Of a DNA stretch of 64,000 nucleotides, positions 35,816 through 50,800 are shown in pieces (position 1 is the first letter of the stretch; each line of letters opens with the position of its first letter). The stretch comes from Azolla caroliniana (lineage: Eukaryota; Plantae; Polypodiophyta): contig JBHGNT010000021.1 of assembly GCA_043228905.1 (NCBI GenBank), positions 3,782,001-3,846,000 on the forward strand, given 5' to 3'. The notes under the pieces were generated by a model. The model did no database searches. It was given only the letters and a program-made list of their open reading frames with translations, and was not told where the DNA came from. The position numbers and the translations under genes are program-made.

Positions 35816-37263
35816 CTAAGTCTTTGACGTATCTATCCGGCTCTTGTGAAGTTGGAAGGCAGGAACAACCCAAGTTCCACAGCTGCATTGTGCACCAGCC
35901 CAGTCAAAACTACCAAGCCTCGCACTACATACAATACAAGAAAGCTTTCCCATAACATCACCTTCTTGGACTGCAAAAATAAGCTCGAGTATTACAACAA
36001 GGCTAAAGAAAACTAAAACTTCAATTACCACATTCAAAGAATGCCATATCCTACCTGGAATCATCCATTTCATGGGCTGAACAAAAATAGAAGTGCAGTC
36101 CAGCGGTGTCTTCTCATTCCAAAGGCTGTCTTTTCCTCTTCTTTTGAAAGACTTCCCACTCTCTTGGTTATGGATTTGCACATTCTCTTGACATGCTACT
36201 ATTTGCCTACATTTTTTACATCGGTAAACCTCTTGATCTCTAGAATCTTGTGGCATTGAAGAAAATTTTGACACAGGGTCAGCTGGAAGTGACAGCTTTC
36301 CAAACTCTTGCACGTAACCAGACTCTTCACCTACATGAGAAGCAATTTAATTGCCTCACTAATTCACTACAATTTACTGTCTCCATTCATGCATGCATGT
36401 ATGCATACTCTATATACATGCATACGCATAATATATATATAATATCCAATAATCACATAGCACATACATATAAAACCATATGCCAAACCCCTGCAAAGGT
36501 TGCAAGATTTGGGATCTCAATCTCAAGATGATAGGCTGTGGGGAAACATTGCATTCTTTAAGTTCTTTACCCCCTCCATTCTACAATATATTTTTCTTTT
36601 CTCTATCAAATAAACATTTTGGCAGTTGTTTTGCCTTGATCTTCTTTGCCATTTTCAAATATTCATTTTCTAGAAGCAACTTTTTTACAGCATCTTATTG
36701 TTCATGCTTTTGCTTCTTTTACATCAAGCAAGAACATTAGTTCCTAAAGTGTTTTCTGGTTTATATAAAAAAATAGGTTTATTTAAGAAACCTCCTAGTA
36801 TGTATGTGTACTGATAAAGCATTCACTATGGTTGCTTCAAAACCACAACAAAAACTGTCTTCCGCATATATAAAGAGAATCATGGCAAGCTTAGCACACA
36901 ATATGAAGGGAGAAGTGTTTTATGACAAAGGAGGGAAGTCAATTTCTTTTCAAATGTTTAATGAATTGTCTGTTTTAAATGAACTTAAAAGGTTAAAATA
37001 AATGCATGTGTGTGCATGTGCAAATGTATAGGTATACATGTATATCGACATGCAGTTGTGCGTGTATGTGTATGTGCAAAAAGCAGATCATAAAGCGATC
37101 GAATCAGATATATAATTGAAATAACCCTGTTTCCTACATTCCGTGATGTGAATCCAAAATTCCATGCATTTAAAGAAAGGGCAGAAGACAGAGATGGAGA
37201 TGGAGATCTGAAGCAGAGAATAAAAGACAGAGAGTTGCTACCTGCAGGTTGGATGGCAGCCAT
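35816..37263 (-). CDS. DUSP12/YVH1 C-terminal zinc-binding-domain-only protein (At4g18593-like); exons 37263-37242, 36330-36055, 35970-35816; 150 aa
   Basis: YRCKKCRQ, CTSIFVQPMKWM, KLSCIVCSARLGSFDWAGAQCSCGTWVVPAFQLHKSRID; GT-AG sites give a continuous frame MAAIQPA-G-EESG. Confidence 0.8.
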
Positions 37264-38215
37264 GGACAATACTTCCTACCCGACCTCACCAATTCTTCAA
37301 ACCTGTATCATGACACATAAAAACTGTGCCTGTGTCTGTGTGTATACAGTCTTAACATGTGTATGCATGCATGCATGCATGTATGTATGTATGTATGTAC
37401 ACGTGTACAGAATGTATTATCAAGGGAGAGGTTTTTTTCTTCTAGTTTATTGAGTTGTGGGAGGATTTGAACTTGTAGTGATAAAGGGGTTTTCTAATGC
37501 TTAAGCTGTTTTGTGAGCATGAGGCTCACATGACAAATAGTTGTCATGAAGACCATATAGAGTATTTTGGAATAGTTGTGTTGTACGGTGGACAATGGGC
37601 AATGGGCAATAGGCATTGGAGTTGATTAGGCGAACTTCTACTTCCATTGACGTGTGTTTTTAATGCTTAGCTTGTTGTAATGACACCCATTAAGAGAGTC
37701 TCTCAATGTGGTTATTGTGTATAATGATCATTGGCATTGATTAGGCTAAATTGTGGAGACTAGGGATTTTATGAATGTGTTTCATTGTGAATAGTTGAAT
37801 CGACAAACATTTGGAGAGGCTTTCGGAGTGGTTGTATTATAAATTGGTCATTACATTGATTCCACAAAAGCGATTCTAGTGTAAAAATTTCATTAAAATG
37901 TGTTGCTTGATAATTCTTTACTGAAAATTAACAAGCCATTTATATTTGGTAATGTTGAAGTTTTTGCTCTAATGCAACAAAAAATTAGGCAAAAGTGTAT
38001 TAATGGAAGTATAGGCTGATGGAAGAAGAAATTAATCTCTACCACACAAACTAAAGAAATCCTCAACTTGCTTGAGGATTGTGACATTAAAGGTATCTAC
38101 AAATTCTCTATGTAAATGTAACTTAAATCTCCTTGATATTGGCAACTTGTGTAATTGTGTTATTTTCTAATCTTTTCTATGTTGATGCTTCAAGTTCAGC
38201 TCACCGTTAACAATG

Positions 38216-40773
38216 TCCTTGTATTCCTCATCATTCTGATGATGACACTTAACAATGTTGCAATAAAATTCATCTTTCAACATAGATTCCTAGTACTTAA
38301 TAACTTTAAATTGAATTTGAGTCATTATAGGTGCTCAAAACTCATTTCTCATAGGAGATCTATAGTGATCAATATTTAAAGTTAAATTTGAGTGAGCCAT
38401 TGTGATTTCCCTCTTTTGGCAATAGCACAACTCGTGCACATACCATGTCCTTGTATTCCTCATCCTTCTGATGATGAGACTTAACAATGTTGCAATAAAA
38501 TTCATCTTTCAACATAGATTCCTAGTACATAATAACTTTAAATTGAATTTGAGTCATTATAAGTGCTCAAAACTCATTTCTCATAGGAGATCTATAGTGA
38601 TCAAATATTTAAAGTTAAATTTGAGTGAGCCATTGTGATTTCCCTGTTTTGGCAATAACACAACTCGTGCACATACCATGTCCTTGTATTCCTCATCCTT
38701 CTGACGATGAGACTTAACAATGTTGCAATAAAATTCATCTTTCAACATAAATTCCTAGTACTTAATAACTTTAAATTGAATTTGAGTCATTATAGGTGCT
38801 CAAAACTCATTTCTCATAGGAGATCTATAGTGATCAATTATTTAAAGTTGAATTTGAGTGAGCCATTGTGATTTCCCTCTTTTGGCAATAACACAACTCG
38901 TGCACATACCATGTCCTTGTATTCCTCATCCTTCTGATGATGAGACTTAACAATGTTGCAATAAAATTCATCTTTCAACATAGATTCCTAGTACATAATA
39001 ACTTTAAATTGAATTTGAGTCATTATAGGTGCTCAAAACTCATTTCTCATAGGAGATCTATAGTGATCAATTATTTAAAGTTGAATTTGAGTAAGCCATT
39101 GTGATTTCCCTGTTTTCGCAATAACACAACTCGTGCACATACCATGTCCTTGTATTCCTCATCCTTCTGATGATGAGACTTAAGAATGGTGCAATAAAAT
39201 TCATCTTTCAACATAGATTCCTAGTACATAATAACTTTAAATTGAATTTGAGTCATTATAGGTGCTCAAAACTCATTTCTCATAGGATATCTATAGTGAT
39301 CAAATATTTAAAGTTGAATTTGAGTGAGCCATTGTGATTTCCCTCTTCTGGCAATAACACAACTCGTGCACATACCATGTCCTTGTATTCCTCATCCTTC
39401 TGATGATGAGACTTAACAATGTTGCCATAAAATTCATCTTTCAACATAGATTCCTAGTACATAATAACTTTAAATTGAATTTGAGTCATTATAGGTGCTC
39501 AAAACTCATTTCTCATAGGAGATCTATAGTGATCAATTATTTAAAGTTGAATTTGAGTGAGCCATTGTGATTTCCCTCTTTTGGTAATAGCACAACTCGT
39601 GCACATACCATGTCCTTGTATTCCTCATCCTTCTGATGATGAGACTTAACAATGTTGCAATAAAATTCATCTTTCAACATAGATCCCTAGTACATAATAA
39701 CTTTAAATTGAATTTGAGTCCTTATAGGTGCTCAAAACTCATTTCTCATAGGAGATCTATAGTGATCAATTATTTAAAGTTGAATTTGAGTGAGCCATTG
39801 TGATTTCCCTCTTTTGGCAATAGCACAACTCGTGCACATACTATGTCCTTGTATTCCTCATCCTTCTGATGATGAGACTTAACAATGTTGCAATAAAATT
39901 CATCTTTCAACATAGATTCCTAGTACATAATAACTTTAAATTGAATTTGAGTCATTATAGGTGCTCAAAACTCATTTCTCATAGGAGATCTATAGTGATC
40001 AAATATTTAAAGTTAAATTTGAGTGAGCCATTGTGATTTCCCTCTTTTGGCAATAGCACAACTCGTGCACATACCATGTCCTTGTATTCCTCATCCTTCT
40101 GACGATGAGACTTAACAATGTTGCAATAAAATTCATCTTTCAACATAGATCCCTAGTACATAATAACTTTAAATTGAATTTGAGTCATTATAGGTGCTCA
40201 AAACTCATTTCTCATAGGAGATCTATAGTGATCAATTATTTAAAGTTGAATTTGAGTGAGCCATTGTGATTTCCCTCTTTTGGCAATAGCACAACTCATG
40301 CACATACCATGTCCTTGTATTCCTCATCCTTCTGATGATGAGACTTAACAATGTTGCAATAAAATTCATCTTTCAACATAGATCCCTAGTACATAATAAC
40401 TTTAAATTGAATTTGAGTCCTTATAGGTGCTCAAAACTCATTTCTCATAGGAGATCTATAGTGATCAATTATTTAAAGTTGAATTTGAGTGAGCCATTGT
40501 GATTTCCCTGTTTTCGCAATAACACAACTCGTGCACATACCATGTCCTTGTATTCCTCATCCTTCTGATGATGAGACTTAACAATGTTGCAATAAAATTC
40601 ATCTTTCAACATAGATTCCCAGTACTTAATAACTTTAAAATCAATTTGAGTCATTATAGGTGCTCAAAACTCATTTCTCATAGGAGATCTATCGTGATCA
40701 ATGATTTAATGTTGAATTTGAGTGAGCCATTGTGATTTCCCTCTTCTAGCAATAACACAACTCATGCACATAT
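38216..40773. repeat. Tandem array, 11 x 233 bp
   Basis: Unit start tccttgtattcctcat at 38216, 38448, 38681, 38914, 39147, 39380, 39613, 39846, 40079, 40312, 40545; units nearly identical. Confidence 0.97.
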
Positions 40774-42537
40774 GAACATAGTTTCCTTGGTTGTTCGAGC
40801 TAAGATTCTCTTCTCATTACACAACTTCCTTTTGCCTCTACAAATCCCCAACTATAATCTTCAATCCATATTTGCTCCATATTGATGATTGCTTCATCCT
40901 TTTTTCATTTTCATTTTCATTTTATTTCTTCCAATAGAGATGCAAGCTTTTTCATGGTTACTATGTGATGAACGTTTGCACCATTTATCTATATGCTAGG
41001 ATTGATGACCAATCTCCAATACAATAAATTATTCCAGCAACATTGATGTTGATTATGGAGACTATTCTAATAACCATAAGAAAATTCTATGCTTGCAACA
41101 CTTTTTTGGGTAGAACAAAGGGAATCCTCACTTGGATGGGTTGTGGAAGCCTTTCCTCTTCCAATAAGTTTGGAATCCGTCTTCGCTTCCCAATACAGGG
41201 TCAAACACCTCTCATGTATATTTCATCTTCCCTCCTTGAAGGTTTTTAAGTACATTCTCTTGCACAAGCTCTTGTCTTGGAATTGTGTCTCTTTTATCAT
41301 ACCACATCCTTGGTTTGTTGTGGCTTTCGGTAGTGACAGGAAACTATAGAGAATATTCCATTAACTGAAGGGTGGATAATCATACCCAATCTCCGTGGAG
41401 ATGATATTTCTTTTAGTGGATAAAGCATCTATTGCTAAAACTCTATGCAATTCTTGTTATGAGCATACACATACCCTTAATTAAAGGAGTTTCATTGGTC
41501 CAGAGATAAGCTCGTCAGTCATGTATAACCATCTGCTTGCACGATCTTTTATTCACTGGAAGCACACAAAGGATATGACTTTATTTGTGTTCAAATGCTA
41601 CAACTGTTCAGAGGGATTGAAACATATATGCAGTATCCCTTCTCTTGAGCATGTACACTTTGGAGCTCCCTACTTACCCAACAGCTTTAGAGCTTATATC
41701 CATCATTCATAGCATGAATTGCATGATTGTAGTAACTTTAGTCTCATAGATCATTTTGCCCTTTTGCAAACATTAATCACATTTCTTTTCTTTTGGCCCA
41801 GGTGTTTGATCTCTTTTTACGACCCCCCTGAATTTGATATCAGTATATTCTCCTCTTCTTAAGAGGGACTTTGTATGTACAAAGGTTTGAGCATCCTGGC
41901 AGTTTTGGCACTCACAATCATGATGTTTTGCCCCATTACAAGCATCCTATCAGTATGCACAACATTTACTTATTGCATCCCAGGTACATCTTACCAAAAG
42001 AAATATGCAAAGCAATATTCGTGGAACTCCTTTTGTTGACATATAACAGGAATTTTCAGCTCTGAAAAACATCAAAATCCAAATCACATTCGAACAAGAA
42101 AGATACTGTAAGGACATCTGAAATTCATATAAATTGACAGTTATATGGCTTCAGACAGAGATCCAGATAATGCGTTGCACATTTGATCCCATGTTTGTAA
42201 CACTATACTCCTCGACTGCATTAGCATTTGTGGCTCATCATTATACCCATCAGTGAAAACACCCATCACACCTTATCTGGTATATTCACTGATGAATTTT
42301 TGTGTTCACAGGACCAGGTTTTATGAAACTCTAGGCCCCATGTCCTGGTAAAATTAGACCGTGCCCTGTTTCCTGGTAAAATGGAGTAGGCCACTTCGCC
42401 TCTCAAAACATTCCTTCATTTTATGATTTATCATTGTATTGTTGCCCTACATTTGTTATGGGGTTTTCGCCTTTTGAGTCTCACTGATCAGATCACAATC
42501 AATTTCCTTAATTATTGTCTGCCCACTCTCCCTACTA

Positions 42538-45500
42538 CTAAGTTTCTTGCAGGACACAAATGCCTTTTTTGCCTATGATGGCATATCTTGGTGATGACGA
42601 TTGCAATGAATTTAATGGAGATGAAACATCTTCCATAAGCATAGATGAAAAGATAGTGGGCCCCTTGCAAACACACTTTCCATCTTCGAAAACATGGAGA
42701 TTGTTGGGATCTCTAATCATAATCTTTCTATTCTCTATTTTTGAGATAAGCGATGTGCCAAAATGGCAGTGACTACATATACATGTGTTATTCACAACAT
42801 GAATAGTTTCCCCTTGGTATGTGTTGATGAGGGCACAAGCAATGGCTAACTTCTCACTATGTCCACAGAGCACATCATTCTTTACATCATCATAAGTGCT
42901 TCGTAACACCCAAAGAGCACTAGATGGATAGCCTGCTTGTTTCATTTTAAGAGCAATTGCTTTTATCTTAGCATGTATGATTTTCCTTTGAGGATGTCTT
43001 GTATCCCCCACAGAAAATGAATGAGCATTTCCACTGACATCAACCCAAACACTGTTTCCCCGATCTTTCCAAACGGCATATTTCAGTCTCATGGCTTCAA
43101 CTTTGTCTGCATCCTCTTGCATACCAGCAGCTGCAAAAATATTAGCTATAAGAACATAAGCTACAGCACAGCTATCATCAAGTTGCACAGCCTGATCAAA
43201 AGCTAATATCCCAAGCTCTACATTTCCCCATTTTCTACAACCACCTAATAATGCAACCCAAACATCATGATAATCAGAAGACGGCATCACTTTAATCACT
43301 GACATTGCCTTATCAAACAGCCCTGCATATCCAAAAACCACCACCATGCAAGTATGGTGCTTCACATTAGGATTGACATCATATTTTCTTGACATATCCC
43401 CAAAAATCGTTTGGGCCTCGTCCAATAGCCCTGAGCGGCCACATGCACTCAAAACACAAAGGAATGTAATTGCATCTGGAGAGAAACCCTCAGTTTGCAT
43501 CAGCTCAAAACAGTTCAGTGCTTCATGACCTTGTCCCTGTTGGGCAAGCCCTGCAATTAATGTATTCCAAGCAACTACATCTCGTGTAGGAAGTGCTTTA
43601 AGAACCTTTTGTGCCTTTCCAAGCTGACCACATTTAGCATACATATCCACCAAAGCAGTACCAAGTACAACATCTTTCTCCAGCAAGTTCCTATTGACAA
43701 TCTGTTCATGAATTTCTTCGCCTATGTCTATAGCGCCCGTGCTAGCACAAGCTCTCAAGATGCATATCAAAGTTACTGCGTCTGGAGAGAAACCCTCACT
43801 CTGCATGCGCTCAAAACAGTTCAATGCCTCGTGACTCTGCCCCCGTTGGACATACCCTGCAATTAGAGCAGACCAAGATACAACATTTCGAACAGGAAGG
43901 CCTTGAAGCACTTCTTGTGCTTTTGCAAGCATGCCACATTTGCTGTACATGTCTACCAAAGCATTGCCAAAAACAATATCCTTCTCTAGTAAACCTCTAT
44001 TTATAATTTCATCATGGATTTTTTTCCCTTTGTCAATAGCTCCTATTTCCCCGCATGCCTTTAAGATTGACGTAAAGGTAACTGCATCAGGCGAGAGGCC
44101 CTCACTCAGCATTTTTTCAAAACAACTCAGTGCTTCATGACCTTCCCCTTGCTGAACGTATCCTGTAATTAGTGCATTCCAAGAAACTACATTGTGAATA
44201 GAAAGATCTTCAAGCACTTCTTGTGCTTTTGCAAGACAACCACATTTGGCATACATATCCACTAAGGCAGTGCCAAGTACAGAATTCTTCTCTAATAGGC
44301 CCCTATTTGCAACCTCTTCATGGATTTGTTTGCCTTTGTCGACAGCTCCTGTGCTACTACAAGCCTTCAATATACATGTGAAAGTGACTGTATCCGGGAA
44401 AAGTCCCTCTCCTTGCATCCGTTCAAAACAGTTTATCGCTTCTTGGCCTTGCCCTTGTTGGGCGTATCCTGCTATAAGTGCAGACCAAGAGACAATGTTC
44501 CGGACAGGAAGCTCATCAAGCACTGCCTGTGCTTTTGCAAGCACGCCACATTTGGCATACATATCAACAAGAGCAGTACCGAGCACAATGTCTTTTTTAA
44601 GACCCCTATTCAGAATCTCTTCATGAACCTTTTCTCCCTTGCTTATAGCCCCCGTACTACCACAGGCCTTCAAGATAGATATAAAGGTGACTGAATTCGG
44701 AGAAAGGCCCTCATTCAGTATCCGTTCAAAACAATGCAACACTTCATGAAACTGCCCCTGTTGAAGATACCCCACAATTAGTGCATTCCAAGAGACTATG
44801 TTGCGAACAGAAAGTTCTTCAAGCACCTGTTTCGCTTTTACAAGCACACCACATTTGGCATACATATCCACCAATGCAGTACCAAGTACAATATCCTTCT
44901 CCAGCAAGTTCCTACCCACAATTTCTTCATGAACTTGGTTGCCCTTCTCTATAGCCCCAATACTACCACATGCCTTTAAGATGCAAATGAAGGTGATGGT
45001 GTTTGGGGAGATGCCCTCTCTTTGCATTTGATCAAAACAGTTCAATGCTTCATGACCTTGCCCCTTTTGAGTATACCCAGTAATCAGTGCATTCCAAGAG
45101 ACCACATTTCTAACCAGAAGCTCTTCAAGCACTTGTTTTGCTTTCGGAAGCATCATACATTTGGCATACATATCCACCAAAGCTGTGCCGAGCACTACAT
45201 CCTTCTTCAGCAAACCCCTACTCACAATTTCTTCATGAATTTGTTTACCCTTCTCTATAGCTCCGATATTGGCACAAGCCTTCAAGATGCAAATGAAGCT
45301 GATAACATCCGGAGAGAGACCCTCACTTTGCATTCTCTCAAAGCAATTCAGAGCTTCTTGACCTTGCCCATGTTGTGCATATCCTGCAATTAATGCATTC
45401 CAACATACTAAATCTCGGACCGGTACATTCTCAAGAACTTCTTGTGCTTTTTCAATCATCCCACATTTGGTATACATACTGATCAAAGTGCTGGCTATGT

Positions 45501-46069
45501 AAGGGTTGTTTTCGAGCAAGCCTCTGTTCAGAATCTGAGCATGAAGATTAATGCCTTTACTAATATCCCTTTTCTGGCCACAAGTCTTCAGCAAGGCCAC
45601 AAAAGTATGAGTTTCGGTGCGGGTTCCATCTGTATGCCTTTCTTGCAACAATCCAATCTCTCTTCTCCTGTGCTGAGACCTAAAATCTGGCAGGATTGAA
45701 CCATCCTGGATTAAGACAAACAATCTCTCTCTCACACAGAATCAAAATGTGGCCTCTCGGATTGCAACATTCATTGGTAAAGTTCTTGCACATTGGGAGT
45801 GGCTATTCACTTTCACATGTATTAGGTAAAATGCAATATTTTTGGCCTCTTAGGTCATATTTGACCCCCAAAGACAATAATAGAATATCTCTCTCTCTCT
45901 TTCTCTTTCGCTCTCTCCCTCCCATTAAACCCTAAACCCTCTTTCTTTCTGTGTGTATGTGTGTGTGAGAGAGAGAGAGAGAAAGCGTGGGTGTATCAGA
46001 GCTTCTTACCTTGATGCTATGAAGAGCTGTTCTTTCAAAGGGCGCATTCGATTTCCTCTGTCTCGCCAT
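42538..46069 (-). CDS. PLS-class PPR protein with E domains and atypical DYW deaminase domain (PPR1); exons 46069-46010 and 45705-42538
   Basis: Seven ~102-aa P-L-S units (DMYAKCG), E region, HSEKLA and CSHCH zinc ligands; in-frame first exon MARQRKSNAPFERTALHSIK with AG|GTAAG donor. Confidence 0.9.
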
Positions 46070-47865
46070 GGAATCATGGGGGCTGGCATGGCATCCTGGT
46101 CATTTGGCATTGGCAGAGAGTTGTATCCACTCCATTATGTGCCCGGCAATGGCAACTGCTCCTGTTGTCCAGCAGCACGGACATCTCCCACACTCACTCT
46201 ATAAGATGATGGATGCTATGTCATAGGCCCCATGTCATGCCCAAAGCATCCCTGAGCATAAATAACATCTTATCGCACGTGTAGACAGACGGACACTTAG
46301 CAATAGACTAGATATTACCCCGCCTATCGACCTTCAATAGATACATTTAGTTCGTCTTTTAAAGTGTGGTTATTAATGTCATTGATCACAAGCAATGACG
46401 CCCATTTCTAACTAGTATCTCCACTAATCTTCCTTTCAAATACTTCCATGTACTAGAGCTTAGTCTACATTCTCTAGTTCTTACATGAGGTTCATCATAT
46501 TTACCTAAGATGGAACATCCAACTATCATGCGAGTTGATTGATTAAGAATGTGATTAATACAATGTTATTTATCAATCACAAATACCATCTTTATATTTT
46601 TATGGGATTTTATCAATTTCTTTAGCCTATTGTAGATATATACATCCCTTCGTCTATTTAGCCTAATGTGAGGGAGATGAGTATTCCTAATAGGATGAAG
46701 TGCATATAAATTGTGCTCTAATAAACATGAACAAAGTGAACCCTTATAGCTTATATGGGAATGCATTGATTCAATAGGTAGAGCCTTGCTTCTAATTACA
46801 AATAGAGACAGAGAGAGAGACAAAGACAGAGACAGAGACAGAGAGAAGTCGAGTTTGCAAGGACATTATATCACTGACACCAACACATAGAAGTATCATA
46901 TCATTTGGCATCTTACTTTCATGGTCATCTCCACCCCACTCTCATCCATCAAGGGCGGTCCCTACGAGATCAAAAGCATTTTGTAATGTCTTCATAGTAG
47001 GATGCAGCGAATTTATGTAGCACATAGGTGAATGTCACACATATCGTCAAATTTTACTTGGGCATTCCAAGTCATGTCCTAGGAATGATCCAAACGTTAT
47101 TTGAATTATACAATAAATCTAATGCATGCATATATGTGACCCACCTACCATTGTCACACTAAACAATGAATTTAATTCATCATTGTCTTTTGCATGGTGT
47201 GAAACATATATTGATGTCAATCTAAACTATCTTTTTAGGAGCACAGCTACATAAGAAGTAAAAGCGTGTCCTAAGACAAGTCATTTAATAGCTTGATGAA
47301 ACATATTAATAGGTAATAAGATGATCCATTTACGTTTAGACAAAAGAGACGGTATTCCAATGGTAACTTTATCCCACAAAGTTACATAAGCACAAACCTC
47401 CAACAACAATGATAGACACTAGAAAATTCTCTTTTATTAGTATGTCTTTCCTTGACAAGATTACAAAAACATTATGGGTTGCATCTCAAGTTCACATGGA
47501 TGGCAGCAATAAAGGAAGAAATTTGAGATACGATGGGACATGCAACTTTTTGTTGGTAGAAACTCTCCCTTCTTGAATCTTTGAGCTTGAATCTAAAATC
47601 AAAATGCTCTCTTTCTCTTGCCTTCATCCATGGATGTAAAGGGATCAATAAATTTGAAGTTTCCCACGCCTCTAATGTCTTGATTTTTTATCCCAAGTGA
47701 CAATCTACTAATAACACAATCCGTGTTAAGAGAGTGTTTTCTTTATTGTAAGGGTAATATCTCAAGCCTAAATATATCTGTTTATTTGTTTATTATACTG
47801 CAAGTTAACATGAACAGCTGAGATCTTGATTGGGTCTCATAGGGCACAATGGCCTTTTAAAGATG

Positions 47866-50800
47866 TTAATATATCCTTTTTCCTTCTTCCATCAACCCAC
47901 ATAGTATTTCCCCCTCCTTGCAACAAGCATACTTCAGTCTACATGCTTCTACGTTGTCTGCATCTTGATGCATGCCAGCAGCACCTAAAATGCTGCCCAT
48001 AAGGACATAAGCTGCAGCATTATCATCTGCTTGTACAGCTTGATCAAAGGCCAATAGACCAAGCCTTATGTTTCCCCATTTCTTACAAGATGCTAACAGT
48101 GTAAGCCAAACCGCTGGATAATCTGAACAAGGCATTGCCTTAATGACCGAAATTGCCTTGTCAAAGTGTCCAGAACATCCGAGAACCATCACCATGCACG
48201 TATGGTGCTCTACCCTTGGAGTTATATCATATTTCCTACTCATATCTCCAAAGAATAGTTGCGCTTTGTCTGAGAGACCAGAGTGACTGCATGCATTCAT
48301 AACACAAAGGACTGTGACCTCATCTGGAGACAGACCTTCAATTTGCATCTCTTCAAAGCAGCATAATGCTTCATGGACTTTCCCTTGTTGGGCATACCCA
48401 GCGATGAGTGCATTCCATGAGATGACAACTCGGATGTCAAGCTCATCGAGTACTTCTTGTGCTTTTGCCAGTACACCACATTTGGCATACATGTCCACTA
48501 AAGCATTGCTGAGCTCGAAATACTCACCAAGGATACCCTTGCTTACAATCTCTTCATGAATTTGTTTGCCCTTGCCTATAGCTCCTATGCTCCCACATGC
48601 CTTCAAGATGCAAATGAAAGTAACAGCATTTGGAGAGAGGCCCTCAGTTTGCATTTGTTCGACGCACTTCAATGCTGCATGTCCTAGCTCGAACTGGACA
48701 TGCCCTGCAATCAATGCATTCCATGTGATGACTCCTCGAATTGGAAGCTCTTTAAGCACCTTTTCTGCTTTTACAAGCATGCCACATTTAGCATACATAT
48801 CTACCAAAGCAGTGCCAAGTGCAATATTTTTAATCAGCAAACCCCTACTCACAATTTCATCATGGATTTGTTTACCCTTCTCTATGGCATCTATACAGCT
48901 ACAGGCTCTCAAGATATGGGTAAAGGTTACTCCGTCTGGAGTGAGGCCCTCACTTTGCATCTGTTCAAAACAGTTCAGTGCTTCATGACCTCGCCCCAGC
49001 TCAGTATACCCTCCAATTAGTGAATTCCATGAAACTAAATCTCGAACAAGAAGCTCTTCCAGGACTTCTTGTGCCTTTGCAATCACACCACATTTAACAT
49101 ACATATCAACCAAAGCCGTTCCAAGCACAACATCCCAATCCATCAAGCCCCTGCTCTGAATCTCTTCATGGATTAGTTTGCCTTTTTCTATAGCCTCTGC
49201 ACTGCCACATGCTTTCAGGATGGAAATGAAGGTGACTGAGTCTGGAAAGAGACCCTCATCTTGCATCCGTTCAAAACAGTGGAGGGCTGCATGGCCTTGT
49301 CCCTGCTCCACAAACCCTGCAATTAGTGCATTCCAAGAAACTATGTCTCGAACAGGAAGCTCTTCCAGTACTTTCTTCGCTTTTCTCAGCAGACCACATT
49401 TCGCATACATATCAACTAATGCAGTGCCAAGCACAACATCCTTCTCCAAAAGACCTATATGCATAATCTCTTCATGAATTTGTTTGCCCTTCTCTATAGC
49501 TCTCGCACTGCCACATGCCTTCAAGATGCAAATCAAGGTGATCACATCTGGAGAGAATCCCACACATCGCATCTGATTAAAGCAGCTTAGTGCTTTGTGA
49601 AGAAGTCCTTCTTGGGCATACCCTGCAATTAATGCAGACCAAGAGACTACATTTTGAACAGGAAGTTCTTCCAGCATCTGCAGTGCTTTTTCAAGCATGC
49701 CACATTTGGCATACATGTCTACCAATCCATTTCCAAGAGCGATATCTTTCTCAAGCAAACCCCTAGTTGCAATCTCATCATGAATTTGTTTGCCCTTGTC
49801 TACATCTCTTGTCTTTCCACAAGCATTCAAGAGACAAATGAAGGTGACCTCATCTGGAGCGAGGCCTTCATTTTGCATTTGTTCGAAACAAGTTAGTGCT
49901 TCTTGACCTTGTCCTTGTTGGGAATACCCTGCAATCAGTGCATTCCAAGAGGCTACATTTTGGATTGGAAGTTCATTAAGCACCTCTTGTGCCTTCACAA
50001 GCAAATCGCACCTGGCATACATATCCACCAAAGCTGTGCAAAGCATGATATCTTCCCCAAGCAGGCCCTTTCTCACAATCTCGCAATGTACTCGGTTTCC
50101 CAGATCTATAGCTTGTGTAATGCCACAAGCCTTCAAGACACAAACGAATGTTACTGCATCTGGAAAGAAGCCCTCATTTTGCATCTTATTATAACACTTC
50201 AATGCTTCATGAGCTTCCCCCCGTCGTGCATACCCCATAATAAGTGCAGACCATGCAACTACATTTCGAGAGGGAAGCCCTTCAAGTACTTCTTGTGCTT
50301 TCTCAACCACACCGCATTTAGCATACATATCCACCAAAGCAGTGCCAAGCACAATATCCTTCGCTAAAAACCCTTTTCTCATAATATCATCATGAATTGC
50401 CTTCCCCTTGTCTATGGCATATGTGCTGCCACAGGCCTTTAAAATGCAAATGAAAGTGACTGCATTTGGAGAGAGACCCTCGCTTTGCATTCGATCAAAA
50501 CACTTTAGAGCTTCATAATGCTGTCCATGATCAGCATACCCAGCAATTAGCGCATTCCAAGAGACTGCATTTCGAATTGGAAGATCTTCGAGCACTTCTT
50601 GAGCTTTTATTACGGCACCACATTTGGCATACATATCCACCAATGCGGTTCCAAGCACGATATGTTTTTCTAGCAAACCCCTGCTTACAATCTCATCATG
50701 AATTTGTTTGCCCTTGTCTATAGTTTTCATGCTACCGCATGCCTTCAAGGTGCAAAGAAAGCTAACCTCATTTGGATTAATACCCTCATTTTGCATTCGT

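Noticed and set aside
38216-40773. CRISPR array or hammerhead-ribozyme (retrozyme) array; most units contain CTGATGA
   Set aside because: No unique spacers and no cas genes; no GAAA after a stem II, so the hammerhead core cannot be completed on either strand.
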